A stretch of DNA of 64,000 nucleotides from Candidatus Aenigmatarchaeota archaeon. Its GTDB lineage: Archaea; Aenigmatarchaeota; Aenigmatarchaeia; CG10238-14; SpSt-28. The notes beneath the pieces were generated by a model that worked only from the letters and a program-made list of their open reading frames with translations, did no database searches and had not been told where the DNA came from. The translations under genes were made by a program, and so were the position numbers. Every line of letters starts with the position of its first letter. Position 1 is the stretch's first letter. Positions 8,901 to 17,694 of the stretch are shown piece after piece. The DNA lies in contig JAWBAK010000001.1 of NCBI GenBank assembly GCA_038997165.1, forward strand, positions 32,001 to 96,000, read 5' to 3'.

Positions 8901-11653
8901 CAAATATTTCATATAGAGATACAAATAATAATTTAGTAATATTAGAAGAAAATGTTTTAGTAAATTCCACAAAAAGTTTATTAATTTTTAAAAAAGAATT
9001 GCCATTTAAAACAAATGAAATAATAATCGACATAGCTGGATCAATTGCAATTTTTGAAGTTAGAATAATTGCAATTACGCCAAAAATAGATTATTGTTAT
9101 GAATTTTATTTTAACTTTACAAATTTTACAAGAAGTGGAATTTATAATGTAAGTTTTTTAGCAATTACAGAATTTGAAGATAAAATTTTTTGTGATAATG
9201 TTTCGTTTTTTATAAATTTTGGAATTCCTGAAATTTTAATTTCAAAGGATACTTATCCAATAATGTTATCTGGCCAAACTCAAAATTATAGCATTATACT
9301 TAAAGCATACAAAGGAGATTTGATGAATATAACATTATTTTTTAATTCTGAAAATGAAGAATATATTAATATAACTTCTAATGAAAGTTTTTATAAAACA
9401 ATAGAAGAAGTTTTATGGAATGAGGAAAAAATTATTAATTGGGAAATTTTAGCTAAAATAAAAGGAGAACCAAACATAACAATTTCTACCTCTATAAATT
9501 CTAGCTGTTATTATTGCTATAAAAATAATTCAGCAGAATTTAATATAACTATTTATCCTTTAGATATTAATCCACCAACAATAAAAGATTTTTGGTTTGC
9601 AATAAAGAATAAAAATTCTAGCGTATTTAATTTAAATGATGAAATATTAATAGTTGCAAAAGTTATAGATGATATTTTTGTAAAAAAAGTTATAGCAGAA
9701 ATAACTTATTCAAATGAAACTTCTATAAATGTTTCTATGATACAAAATAATGACTTTTGGATATTTAAATTTTCAAAAGATAAATTAGAAGTTAATCAAA
9801 CTGGAAATTATTTAATAAAATTATATGCATTCGATTTAAATGAAACATATAATTATGATATTTCAGCTGATAAGAACTTTATAGTTTTAAATACTTATTT
9901 TATAGATTATGAACCAAAATATTTACTTTATAATTTTGGAGAAAAAATAACATTTTTTGCAAAAGATATAAATAATTTTATAGTAGAAAACGCAATTTGG
10001 AATGAAACTAACTATAATATTTCAAATGTATCAACTTATTTTGAAATATTATTAACAAAAGATTTATTTAATATAGGTAAAATAGAGTTGAATGTCTCAA
10101 TTTTTAAAAATGGAAATATTGGAAATAAAAATATTAGTTTTAATCTAACAGATTTATTAAATATAGAAATAATTTCTCCACCTTATAATTATATATTCGA
10201 AAAAGGTATTCAAATTACTGGTCCAGGATTATTACCATCTATTAAAGTTCAAAACGCAAGAAAAGATAAATATTTAGAAAATTTATATTCAGAAATATAT
10301 TGCTTAGATTCTGATTTTGTTTTTACAAAATTTGATAATTCTTATTTTTATTTTAATGCATGCGGAGCTTTAGCTAATACTTATAGTTTTAAAGATTGTA
10401 GCTCTCGCTGCTATTCTCCTAACATTTCAAATCAAAAGTTCAATATTTCTTTTTATGTTAAAGACAATTTTGGAAATGAAGGATTTGATTATGTAATTTT
10501 GTCTACAAAATCAGAAATTCTATTACCACAATCTATTGTATCTAGTGGAATTGGAGGTTTTCCTACCGCAACAGCAAACATAAAGCAATGTGAATGTACA
10601 AATTGGCAAGATATTGGTTGTGGAAAAGGAAAATGTTCATTAAATCAGCTTTATCAAATAAGAAGTTGTAAACCAGCTGGTTGTGATATTGAAGAAAGAT
10701 GTATAGAAAGTATTTTATGTACTCCAATAGAAATAGAATTTTTAATAGATGAAAAATTAGATTTAATTCAAGGCGAGACAAAAATGCTAGTAGGAATAAT
10801 CAAAAATATTGGTAAAAAACAAGCTTTTATAAAAATAGAATATAATTCAACATGTTGTGAAATAAATTTAAATGAAAATGAATTTAAATTAGATGTAGGA
10901 GAAATAAAAAGTTTAATTTTTGTTATTCATTCATATCTTAATGAAAGTATAGGAGAATATAAATTAGATATTAATATTTTTGATAAAATAGAGAAAAAGA
11001 AATTAATATCTAAAAGCGTAATAATAAATTTAAATTTAAATCAACTTTTTATTAAAAAAGCTAAATTAATAAATGAATTTGAAAAATTGAAACCAACAAT
11101 TCAGGAATATAAAATATATAACATTTTAAGTGCTGAAATATTGAATTTAATAGATAAAACTTCGAGGATTATTGAAGTTTTAGATAATTATATTAAAAAT
11201 GATGATTTAAAAAATTTTGAAATATCAATAATTGAAATTGAAAAAAATATAGAAAAAATTAAAGACTACTTAGAAAATAAAAAAATTAATTTATTCTTTG
11301 CTAAATATAAAGATGAAATTTTTGTAATAATTATTGTTTCGTTCATCTTATCATATATAATTTCACAAATTATTTTACCATACTTAAAAATTTCTAAAGA
11401 AATAAAAAAGCTAATTATTGAAGAAGAAGTTATCTTAAAACAAAGAAGAGAAATTCAAAAACAATTTTTTATGAGAAAAATTTCTGATGAAATTTTCAAA
11501 AAATTAATAACAGATACTCAAAACAAATTATTAGCAATTAGAGGAAAAATCAAAACACTAAATGAAGAAAAATCAAAATTATTAAAAGAAAGAATTAATC
11601 CGCTTTATATTATTAAAATTATAATAAATGCTGCTAAAAAAATTAAAAAATAA
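5945..11653 (+). CDS. Large surface protein, 1902 aa: signal peptide, Ig-like repeats, discoidin-like insert, Cys-rich motif, C-terminal TM and coiled-coil tail
   Basis: Hydrophobic N-terminus; many NxS/T sequons; internal repeats (LKNYLNFGE..RSGNY..SFG); TM IFVIIIVSFILSYIISQIILPYL at about 11317-11385. Confidence 0.85.
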   Translation: MISSKLYPIFIILIILFILNLFPNISFSQEIKIFHLKPTSILNCIKAGTTSTCSLANINGDDSVNETISITSAPSKNYGLINVSFEKLNRYDINLINLTVGVKGARCRGLACDSEDTHLGDNANDKCYLLIRSNRLLNSFPNSYTTCNLWNAGSFTYVELPFLSNISSILELNEINLTSEWYGYDDDDRNVWFAMDYFYINLTYFDLLYSNWNFYNFTDGNALNEPIEIKRGDIIKASALFDITEVKYANVTLVTPNNEKIILSSIDYPNLFNIQNISTYKYWINFTINTSNTTLYKFAGAYNISITAINKLDGYNSTTFKTFYLYGFSKISKIYVNDTYLYPNQTALISCKVEDANSSIPINNYIVNFYVNDDFIGSNVSDINGFATIKYKFDNEGDYAIKCNITDNKTLYYYASEENSKIINLKVLNLSSSVSLKNYLNFGEEQIISINITNASEIKLAIVNISFVEIKDYNLVETFEIKNLSVNECYEPYLCNYQLKFVPRRSGNYNLTFFIDADSPYGILINISNFSVSFGNALIDIKFPSFDKILINQTFLFKFNVLAINGDVWLVNISLNSTNTSVINVLEEIYKPNLYSIANGSLIEISYLVKTENFGITTINISAIPLNGSSYTISKDYEVVGFNNSILKNYLNFGEMQKYFVNITGNVSEIKRVYAIIEFFNISNCKLNKTFLEINFTIEKILENIYIYSISYIPPRSGNYLTKIFVESNSGIAINESKEYFVSFGSAEIFVINPYYFVLPNQTFNIIVEIKAINGDLWNISTNISILNQIPINLTNDETNYHINSIEAIASGSFCEDKWKAYSTYTLGNEITTITFYAYPQNGSSNVYSESFEIILPLRPYIEPNISFIDEYVIFKVPIFGNASNFKINASIFKPNNIIENISFFTAIPKNYSECNIEIETGNIAPKGIANANINNEFSIFAIDNNSNTSWFNLDSNAISQLNITLPKIITVDRIEIEWIGSSTLANISYRDTNNNLVILEENVLVNSTKSLLIFKKELPFKTNEIIIDIAGSIAIFEVRIIAITPKIDYCYEFYFNFTNFTRSGIYNVSFLAITEFEDKIFCDNVSFFINFGIPEILISKDTYPIMLSGQTQNYSIILKAYKGDLMNITLFFNSENEEYINITSNESFYKTIEEVLWNEEKIINWEILAKIKGEPNITISTSINSSCYYCYKNNSAEFNITIYPLDINPPTIKDFWFAIKNKNSSVFNLNDEILIVAKVIDDIFVKKVIAEITYSNETSINVSMIQNNDFWIFKFSKDKLEVNQTGNYLIKLYAFDLNETYNYDISADKNFIVLNTYFIDYEPKYLLYNFGEKITFFAKDINNFIVENAIWNETNYNISNVSTYFEILLTKDLFNIGKIELNVSIFKNGNIGNKNISFNLTDLLNIEIISPPYNYIFEKGIQITGPGLLPSIKVQNARKDKYLENLYSEIYCLDSDFVFTKFDNSYFYFNACGALANTYSFKDCSSRCYSPNISNQKFNISFYVKDNFGNEGFDYVILSTKSEILLPQSIVSSGIGGFPTATANIKQCECTNWQDIGCGKGKCSLNQLYQIRSCKPAGCDIEERCIESILCTPIEIEFLIDEKLDLIQGETKMLVGIIKNIGKKQAFIKIEYNSTCCEINLNENEFKLDVGEIKSLIFVIHSYLNESIGEYKLDINIFDKIEKKKLISKSVIINLNLNQLFIKKAKLINEFEKLKPTIQEYKIYNILSAEILNLIDKTSRIIEVLDNYIKNDDLKNFEISIIEIEKNIEKIKDYLENKKINLFFAKYKDEIFVIIIVSFILSYIISQIILPYLKISKEIKKLIIEEEVILKQRREIQKQFFMRKISDEIFKKLITDTQNKLLAIRGKIKTLNEEKSKLLKERINPLYIIKIIINAAKKIKK

Positions 11654-11655
11654 TT

Positions 11656-12390
11656 ATGGAAAGAGTTTCGAGTGGAATAATTGGTTTAGACGAATTAATA
11701 GAAGGTGGGTTTGTTAAAAATAGTGTAATATTAATTACTGGAAAAACTGGGACCGGAAAAACTCTATTTTGTGGAAGTTTTTTATATGCGGGAGCATTAA
11801 AAGGGGAAAATGGAATATATATTACAACCGAAGAGACTGAAGAAGATATAATTAATGATATTCAATCTACATTTAAAAATTGGAGATTTAGAGAAATAGT
11901 TAATAAAGGTTTAATAAGAATTTATTCTGTAAAACCTATGTTATTATCATATAGCGAAATAGATCCCTCAAAATTGATAAAAATATATATAAACTCTCTA
12001 TTAGAAAAAATTGATATAGCAAAAAGAGAACTAAATGTAAAAAGAGTAGTAATCGATAGTGTAAGTATGATTGAACAATTCTTAAAAGATATTTATTTAG
12101 CTAGAGTCGGATTAAGTTTATTAATAGATAAATTGAAAAGTTATGAAATTACAACAATATTAACTGGAACCATTGAAGAAGGAAGTGAAAAATTAAGTGG
12201 AAGTGGAATTGTTGAATTTTTAGTCGATGCAGTTATAAAATTAGATTTTGTACCAGTAAGTGAGGAATTTCAAAGAACATTAACAATAAGAAAAATGAGA
12301 AGAACAAATCATTCTACATATATTCATCCATTTAAAATTACACCTGAAGGTATAAAAGTATTTAAATTAGAAGAAATAGAAAAAGTTTAA
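11656..12390 (+). CDS. KaiC/RAD55-like RecA-superfamily ATPase (single domain)
   Basis: ERVSSGIIGLDELIEGGF, Walker A GKTGTGKT, Walker B RVVIDS, EFLVDAVI, IRKMRRTNH. Confidence 0.93.
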   Translation: MERVSSGIIGLDELIEGGFVKNSVILITGKTGTGKTLFCGSFLYAGALKGENGIYITTEETEEDIINDIQSTFKNWRFREIVNKGLIRIYSVKPMLLSYSEIDPSKLIKIYINSLLEKIDIAKRELNVKRVVIDSVSMIEQFLKDIYLARVGLSLLIDKLKSYEITTILTGTIEEGSEKLSGSGIVEFLVDAVIKLDFVPVSEEFQRTLTIRKMRRTNHSTYIHPFKITPEGIKVFKLEEIEKV

Positions 12391-13055
12391 ATTATTTTCT
12401 TTAATATTATTCCATTATCTGTAATTTCGAAAGGAACTAATTCTAATGAATGCTTAGTTTTTCTCATTTTCGTTATTTGCAATGCTCTTGGTAATGATTG
12501 AGCTAAATAATATAATTTTATTACTCCATCAACTAAAAATTCTTCAAAACCTATTTCATCTTTCTTTGCTTCAGACAACAACAATATTGTTATTTTTTTA
12601 CTTTTTAATTCTTTAATTAAAGAAAAAATGCTTCTTCTTAATTTTCCAATATCTTGATAAGTTTCCCATGCATTTTCCATCAAAGTTATACTATCTATTA
12701 CAATTCTTTGAGGCTGCAATAAATTTACATATCTTATAATTTCAGAAGATATTTTATCAATACTGCTTGGTAAAATATTATGAATTAAAAACTTACCTTC
12801 TTTTTCTTTTTCTAAAATAATTTCTTTCCAACCAAATCTTTCAATATCATCTAATAAATCTTCTCTCGTTTCCTCTAAAGAAAAATAAATTCCCTTTTCT
12901 CCTCTTTTTAATCCTTCTAATAAAAATTGGAATCCAAAAATTGTTTTTCCAGCTCCAGGATATCCAGAAATTAATATACAACTGCCTTTTACAAATCCTC
13001 CTTCTATTAATTCATCTAATTTTTGAATGCCAGATGGAATCCTTTCAATTACCAT
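12387..13055 (-). CDS. KaiC/RAD55-like RecA-superfamily ATPase (single domain)
   Basis: ERIPSGIQKLDELIEGGF, Walker A GYPGAGKT, RIVIDS, EFLVDGVI, ITKMRKTKH. Confidence 0.93.
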   Translation of the reverse strand: MVIERIPSGIQKLDELIEGGFVKGSCILISGYPGAGKTIFGFQFLLEGLKRGEKGIYFSLEETREDLLDDIERFGWKEIILEKEKEGKFLIHNILPSSIDKISSEIIRYVNLLQPQRIVIDSITLMENAWETYQDIGKLRRSIFSLIKELKSKKITILLLSEAKKDEIGFEEFLVDGVIKLYYLAQSLPRALQITKMRKTKHSLELVPFEITDNGIILKKII

Positions 13056-13300
13056 TCAATAAGATTTAAATTTCTTAAATTTTCTAAAATATTTAAAACA
13101 GCGCCTCTTACAATATCTCTATTTCCATTGATTGAAAATAAATCAACTAAATCCTCTAAATCTGTTTTTCCATCACATTGCATCCAAACTAAAAAAGAAA
13201 TTGCATCAAGCGTAAAAGTTTTATTATTCTTTTTATCTATTAAAATGTATAAATTTCCAACTTGTTGCCATTCCAATTCTCTTACTTTTCTTGGTTTCAT
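13049..13300 (-). CDS. PqqD/RRE-like small protein
   Basis: Three beta strands, then FTLDAISFLVWMQCDGKTDLEDLV...LENLRNLNLI, the PqqD winged-helix pattern. Confidence 0.75.
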   Translation of the reverse strand: MKPRKVRELEWQQVGNLYILIDKKNNKTFTLDAISFLVWMQCDGKTDLEDLVDLFSINGNRDIVRGAVLNILENLRNLNLIEW

Positions 13301-13590
13301 TCCTCTTTCGTTTCTTGAGTTACTTGTTCCTTTTGTAATTCGCTAAAATCATACTTTATTAATACTATATCACCAATAGAACTTATTAAGCTATATGGAA
13401 CAATTAAAGTTTTTTTACCACCTAAAATTGCTTCTAAGAAACTTCCTTTAGCAACTTCAACAGCTAAAGCTCTTACTCTTCCTCTGCTTAAATCTATTTC
13501 TACATCTTTTACTCTTCCAGCATATTGTCCTTTAGTTGTAAAAACGTCTCTATCATATAGCTCTACTATATTTTTTATCGTTATTGCCAT
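13297..13590 (-). CDS. PRC-barrel domain protein
   Basis: LYDRDVFTTKGQYAGRVKDVEID...IVPYSLISSIGDIVLI is the archaeal PRC-barrel signature. Confidence 0.9.
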   Translation of the reverse strand: MAITIKNIVELYDRDVFTTKGQYAGRVKDVEIDLSRGRVRALAVEVAKGSFLEAILGGKKTLIVPYSLISSIGDIVLIKYDFSELQKEQVTQETKEE

Positions 13591-13606
13591 AAATAAATAT
13601 TTAAAA

Positions 13607-14734
13607 TTATATTAATTTACTTCCTCTAGGAACATCCCTTTTTACTATAGATTTAGCAATCCAAGAATCGCTTCCAATTTTTACTCCTGGATAAATTGAA
13701 ACATTTATAGCAGTTTTAACATTATAACCTATTATCGCTCCGAATTTTCTTTTACCACTATCAACTCTTTTTTTATTTATTGTAAACTTAATATTTCTCT
13801 CATCAAATCTTAAATTTGCTATTATAGTTCCAGCACCAAGATTAACGTTCTCAGCAATTATAGAATCTGCAACATAATTTAAATGAGGAACTTTGCTATT
13901 ATTCATTAAAATACTCCTTTTTAAAACAGAAAATTCACCAACAACACAATTATTTCCAACTATGCTTTTCTCTATTACTGCATTTTTTATTTCACAATTT
14001 TCTCCAATAACGACTGGTTTTCTTATTATAGCGCTTTTCCAAATTTCTGTTCCTTCTCCTACGCTAAATTTTATTTTTTCTAAAACGTACATATTTACAT
14101 CTAAATAATCCCATGGATAACCAATATCTTTCCAATAACCTCTTAATTCTACAACATTTATTTGTTTTACTTTATTCATCATTAAAATAGAATCTGTTAA
14201 TTCAAACTCTCCTCTTGGACTTTTTTCTGTTTTTTCAGCAAATTCTATAATTGATGGATCAAAATGATAAATTCCTGCATTTATAAAACCTTTTCCTATA
14301 GATGATTTTTCCATTATTTCTACTAATTTTTTGTTCTCAAAAACAACTTTTCCAAACCTTGATACATCTTCAACATAAAATATTCCCATGCTATTTTTAT
14401 TTTTTACAATTTCCTCTAAACTTCCATCATAAAAAATATCGCCGTACATTAAAATAAAATCGTCATCTATAAAATTTCTAGCTGCTAAAAGTGCAGAAGC
14501 TGTTCCCATCATCATTTCATCTTTATAAAACTTTAGTTCTGAATAACGCTTTCTTATTTCATTTTCTAAATAACCAACAACAACTGCAATTTCATCAATT
14601 CCATATTTTTTGAGCAATTCTATTTGATAATCAAGTAAAGGTTTATTGCAAATTGGAAGCAAACATTTTGGTTTATAATCAGTTAGAGGTTCTAATCTCT
14701 CTCCTTTTCCTGCAGCAAGAATAACAGCCTTCAT
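13607..14734 (-). CDS. Bifunctional sugar-1-phosphate nucleotidyltransferase/acetyltransferase (archaeal GlmU-like)
   Basis: ILAAGKGERLEPLT..PK, SPRGEFELTD, WKDIGYPWD, hexapeptide repeats, HLNYVADS, GAGTIIANLRFD. Confidence 0.92.
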   Translation of the reverse strand: MKAVILAAGKGERLEPLTDYKPKCLLPICNKPLLDYQIELLKKYGIDEIAVVVGYLENEIRKRYSELKFYKDEMMMGTASALLAARNFIDDDFILMYGDIFYDGSLEEIVKNKNSMGIFYVEDVSRFGKVVFENKKLVEIMEKSSIGKGFINAGIYHFDPSIIEFAEKTEKSPRGEFELTDSILMMNKVKQINVVELRGYWKDIGYPWDYLDVNMYVLEKIKFSVGEGTEIWKSAIIRKPVVIGENCEIKNAVIEKSIVGNNCVVGEFSVLKRSILMNNSKVPHLNYVADSIIAENVNLGAGTIIANLRFDERNIKFTINKKRVDSGKRKFGAIIGYNVKTAINVSIYPGVKIGSDSWIAKSIVKRDVPRGSKLI

Positions 14735-14767
14735 ATAATATTAAAAGAGTTAATTTGAAAAAATATT

Positions 14768-16477
14768 ATGAATTTGGAAAAAATTGTTTTAAAGCATTTA
14801 ATATTAAATGCATTAAAATATGGAAAAGCCAATGAAAAAATTGTTATTTCTAAAATTATTGCCGAAAATAAAGAACTAAAAGATAAAATAAATGAAATTA
14901 AAGAAATAATAAATCAAAAAATAGATGAAATTAATAATTTATCGAAAGAAAAGTTAGAAGAGCTTGCAAAAGAATTTGAAATAATATTAGAAAAAAAAGA
15001 AGAAAAAGAATTTGAGTTACCATTTGCTGAAAAAGGAAAAGTAATTACAGCATTTCCACCAGAACCAAGTAAATATTTACATATTGGACACGCAAAAGCA
15101 GCATTTTTAAACTATTATTATGCTAAAAAATATGATGGAAAATTTATTCTAAGATTTGAAGATAGCAATCCAGAAAAAGTAAAAAGAGAATATTATAATG
15201 CAATAAGAGATGATTTAAAATGGTTAGGAATAAAGTGGGATGAAGAAGATGTTTTGAGCTTACATTTAGAAGAATATTATGAAGCTTTAAGACTATTAAT
15301 TTTAAGAGATAAAGCGTATGCATGTTTTTGCTCTAAAGATAAAATTAAAGAATATAGAGCGAAAGGAATAGAATGTGAACATAGAAATTTTTCAATTGAA
15401 AAAAACTTAAAAATTTTTGAAGATATGCTAAGTGGTAAATATAAAGAAAATGAAGTTCATATTAGAGCAAAAATAGATATGAAACATAAGAACTATGTAA
15501 TGAGAGATCCATCTTTAGTTAGAATTTCATTTAAAGAACATCCAATTGTTGGAAACAAATATTTTGTTTGGCCATTATACGATTTTGGAACTGCAATGTT
15601 AGATTATTGGGAAAAAATAACTCATAGATTTAGAAGTAAGGAATTTGAATTAAGAACAGAATTACAAAATTGGATAAGAGAAGCTTTAGGAATAAATAAA
15701 CATCCAATAATAATAGAAATTGCAAGATTTGAAATAAAAGATCAATTGACTTCTGGAAGAAAAATTAGAGAATTAATTCAAAAAGGAATTTTAAGCGATT
15801 ATGATGATATAAGATTAGTAACAATAAGAGCCTTAAAAAAAAGAGGATTTTTACCTAATGCAATTTTGGATTTTGTTAAAAGAACAGGAATTTCAAAATC
15901 AGAAAGTAAAATAGAAATTGAAGTATTGGAAAGTATTAATAGACAACATTTAGATAAATATGCAAATAGATATTTTTTTGTTGACAATCCAAAAAGATTA
16001 AAAGTTATTAATGCTACAACAAAATTTGCTAGAATAAAATTTCATCCGGATTTCGAAGATAGAGGATATAGAGAAATATTAACAAAAGGTGATTTCTTTA
16101 TTTCAGAAAGCGATTTTAAAGATTTGAAAGAAGGAGATGAAGTAAGATTAATAGATTTATATAACATTAAAATAATTCAAAAGAATGAAAATGAAATTAT
16201 TGCAGAAAAAATAGGTGAAGAATTAATAAAAGATATTAAAAAAATTCATTGGATTAGCTTAAACGATGATTTTGTTAAAGTTAAGGTTATTAAAGCAGAA
16301 AAATTAATTGAAAATGGAAAAATTAATGAAAATAGCTTAAGAGAAATTTTTGGATATGGAGAAAGTACAATAAAAAGAATTTTAATTGGAGAAAGAGTTC
16401 AATTTGTTAGATTTGGTTTTGTGAAATTAGAAAGCATTAAAGAAAACTTATATGAATTTATATTTATTCATAAATAA
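14768..16477 (+). CDS. gltX: Glutamyl-tRNA synthetase (archaeal type)
   Basis: FPPEPSKYLHIGH, LRFEDSNP, YACFC, MRDP, QFVRFGF. Confidence 0.95.
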   Translation: MNLEKIVLKHLILNALKYGKANEKIVISKIIAENKELKDKINEIKEIINQKIDEINNLSKEKLEELAKEFEIILEKKEEKEFELPFAEKGKVITAFPPEPSKYLHIGHAKAAFLNYYYAKKYDGKFILRFEDSNPEKVKREYYNAIRDDLKWLGIKWDEEDVLSLHLEEYYEALRLLILRDKAYACFCSKDKIKEYRAKGIECEHRNFSIEKNLKIFEDMLSGKYKENEVHIRAKIDMKHKNYVMRDPSLVRISFKEHPIVGNKYFVWPLYDFGTAMLDYWEKITHRFRSKEFELRTELQNWIREALGINKHPIIIEIARFEIKDQLTSGRKIRELIQKGILSDYDDIRLVTIRALKKRGFLPNAILDFVKRTGISKSESKIEIEVLESINRQHLDKYANRYFFVDNPKRLKVINATTKFARIKFHPDFEDRGYREILTKGDFFISESDFKDLKEGDEVRLIDLYNIKIIQKNENEIIAEKIGEELIKDIKKIHWISLNDDFVKVKVIKAEKLIENGKINENSLREIFGYGESTIKRILIGERVQFVRFGFVKLESIKENLYEFIFIHK

Positions 16478-16490
16478 ATTCAATTTTGAG

Positions 16491-16726
16491 GGTAGGTAGC
16501 TGTAATCTCCCTTCTGTTTTTAAGGCGGCATTCTTCTAAGCGCCTTAAAGGCTTGCATCTCATTTGCTGCTCGGGCAATTTCATCCTATGCATATCTCAT
16601 CAGCTTTTGGCATCATTATCATTGAGTATGCATAGGTTATTTTTCTGACGCCCGAGCAGGGTTTATTAGCCCCTTAGCATCGATGGGGAGAATTTCCTCC
16701 TTACGGTAGCCGCCCAGCTACCTACC
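16491..16726 (-). ncRNA. rnpB: RNase P RNA, compact (about 236 nt), type-M-like
   Basis: GC-rich intergenic island. On the minus strand: perfect 12-bp P1 (GGUAGGUAGCUG/CAGCUACCUACC), P2 GGCGGC/GCCGCC, CR-I GAGGAAAUUCUCCC, CAGAAA and UGAAA loops flanking P12, and CR-V AACAGAAGGGAGAUUA completing P4. Confidence 0.92.
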
Positions 16727-16746
16727 TATCCCATAAATTATTTTTT

Positions 16747-17694
16747 TTAAGAAATAATAAATCCCATTATTTGAGAAATAACAATTTGAATTGCAAAATA
16801 AAGTAATAAAGAAATGGTTAAAATTATTGGAAAATATTTAATACCTATTTTTTCATTTCCTTCTTTTAAAGCTCCTATTATCATGCTAGAGAAAAAAGAA
16901 GTTATTAATATAGATAAAATTGCAAAATTTCTTATAAAATTTACATCTATATCAATTCCTTTAAAAGATAATGGAATATTAATAGGAATTTTTGCTTCAA
17001 ATCCTTTTGGAGCAAGAGTTTGAATTGTATAAACAAAATATGTTGTTATTCCAAACAATATTGGCATACCAAAAGAAACAGCGAAAAATATAAACATTGT
17101 GTATAAACTTATTATTGAACTTAATTCTTTTTTTAATACATTTCTGCTTCTTAAATCTTCGCTAATTTCAAATAATAAATCAGAAATTTTGGAACCTTTT
17201 TTAATTCCTTCCTCAAGTAAATATAAAAATCTTTGAAGTGTCTCTATTTTATATTTTTTTGAATATTTTTTTAAAACTTCTTCTATAGGCTTTCCACTAT
17301 AAATCTCTTTTCCTATATTTCTAAATATCTTATCCAAAATCCCAAATTCTTTTCTACAACTAGCTAATATAGCTGCTTCTAACGTTAATCCGCTTTTAAT
17401 ATTTGATGAAAAAAGACTAATAAATTCTGGTAAATTAACTTCAACCTTTTTCTTTGAATTTTCAACGCTTAAATACAATAAAAAAACAAAAGTTAAAAAA
17501 CCTATTAAAAAAGAGAAAAAAGCTAAAAATAAATTTTTAGATAGAAAAAATATCAACGAAAAAAGAATAAGTGAAAAATAAATTTGAGAAATAACAAAAC
17601 TTTTTTCGTTAATTTCGGTTTCTAAATATTCTAATTTTTCTTTTATCCATCTTAAATAGCTTTTTGGAATAATTGCTTCTAATTTTAAACCCAT
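16747..17694 (-). CDS. T2SS-F/TadC-like pilus platform membrane protein
   Basis: NLPEFISLFSSNIKSGLTLEAAI..EFGIL plus several TM segments; in an operon with the pilus ATPase. Confidence 0.9.
   Translation of the reverse strand: MGLKLEAIIPKSYLRWIKEKLEYLETEINEKSFVISQIYFSLILFSLIFFLSKNLFLAFFSFLIGFLTFVFLLYLSVENSKKKVEVNLPEFISLFSSNIKSGLTLEAAILASCRKEFGILDKIFRNIGKEIYSGKPIEEVLKKYSKKYKIETLQRFLYLLEEGIKKGSKISDLLFEISEDLRSRNVLKKELSSIISLYTMFIFFAVSFGMPILFGITTYFVYTIQTLAPKGFEAKIPINIPLSFKGIDIDVNFIRNFAILSILITSFFSSMIIGALKEGNEKIGIKYFPIILTISLLLYFAIQIVISQIMGFIIS

Noticed and set aside
16480..16740. GC-rich island considered as tRNA, SRP RNA, CRISPR or a MITE with terminal inverted repeats
   Set aside because: The terminal inverted repeat is helix P1, and the RNase P conserved regions account for the sequence.
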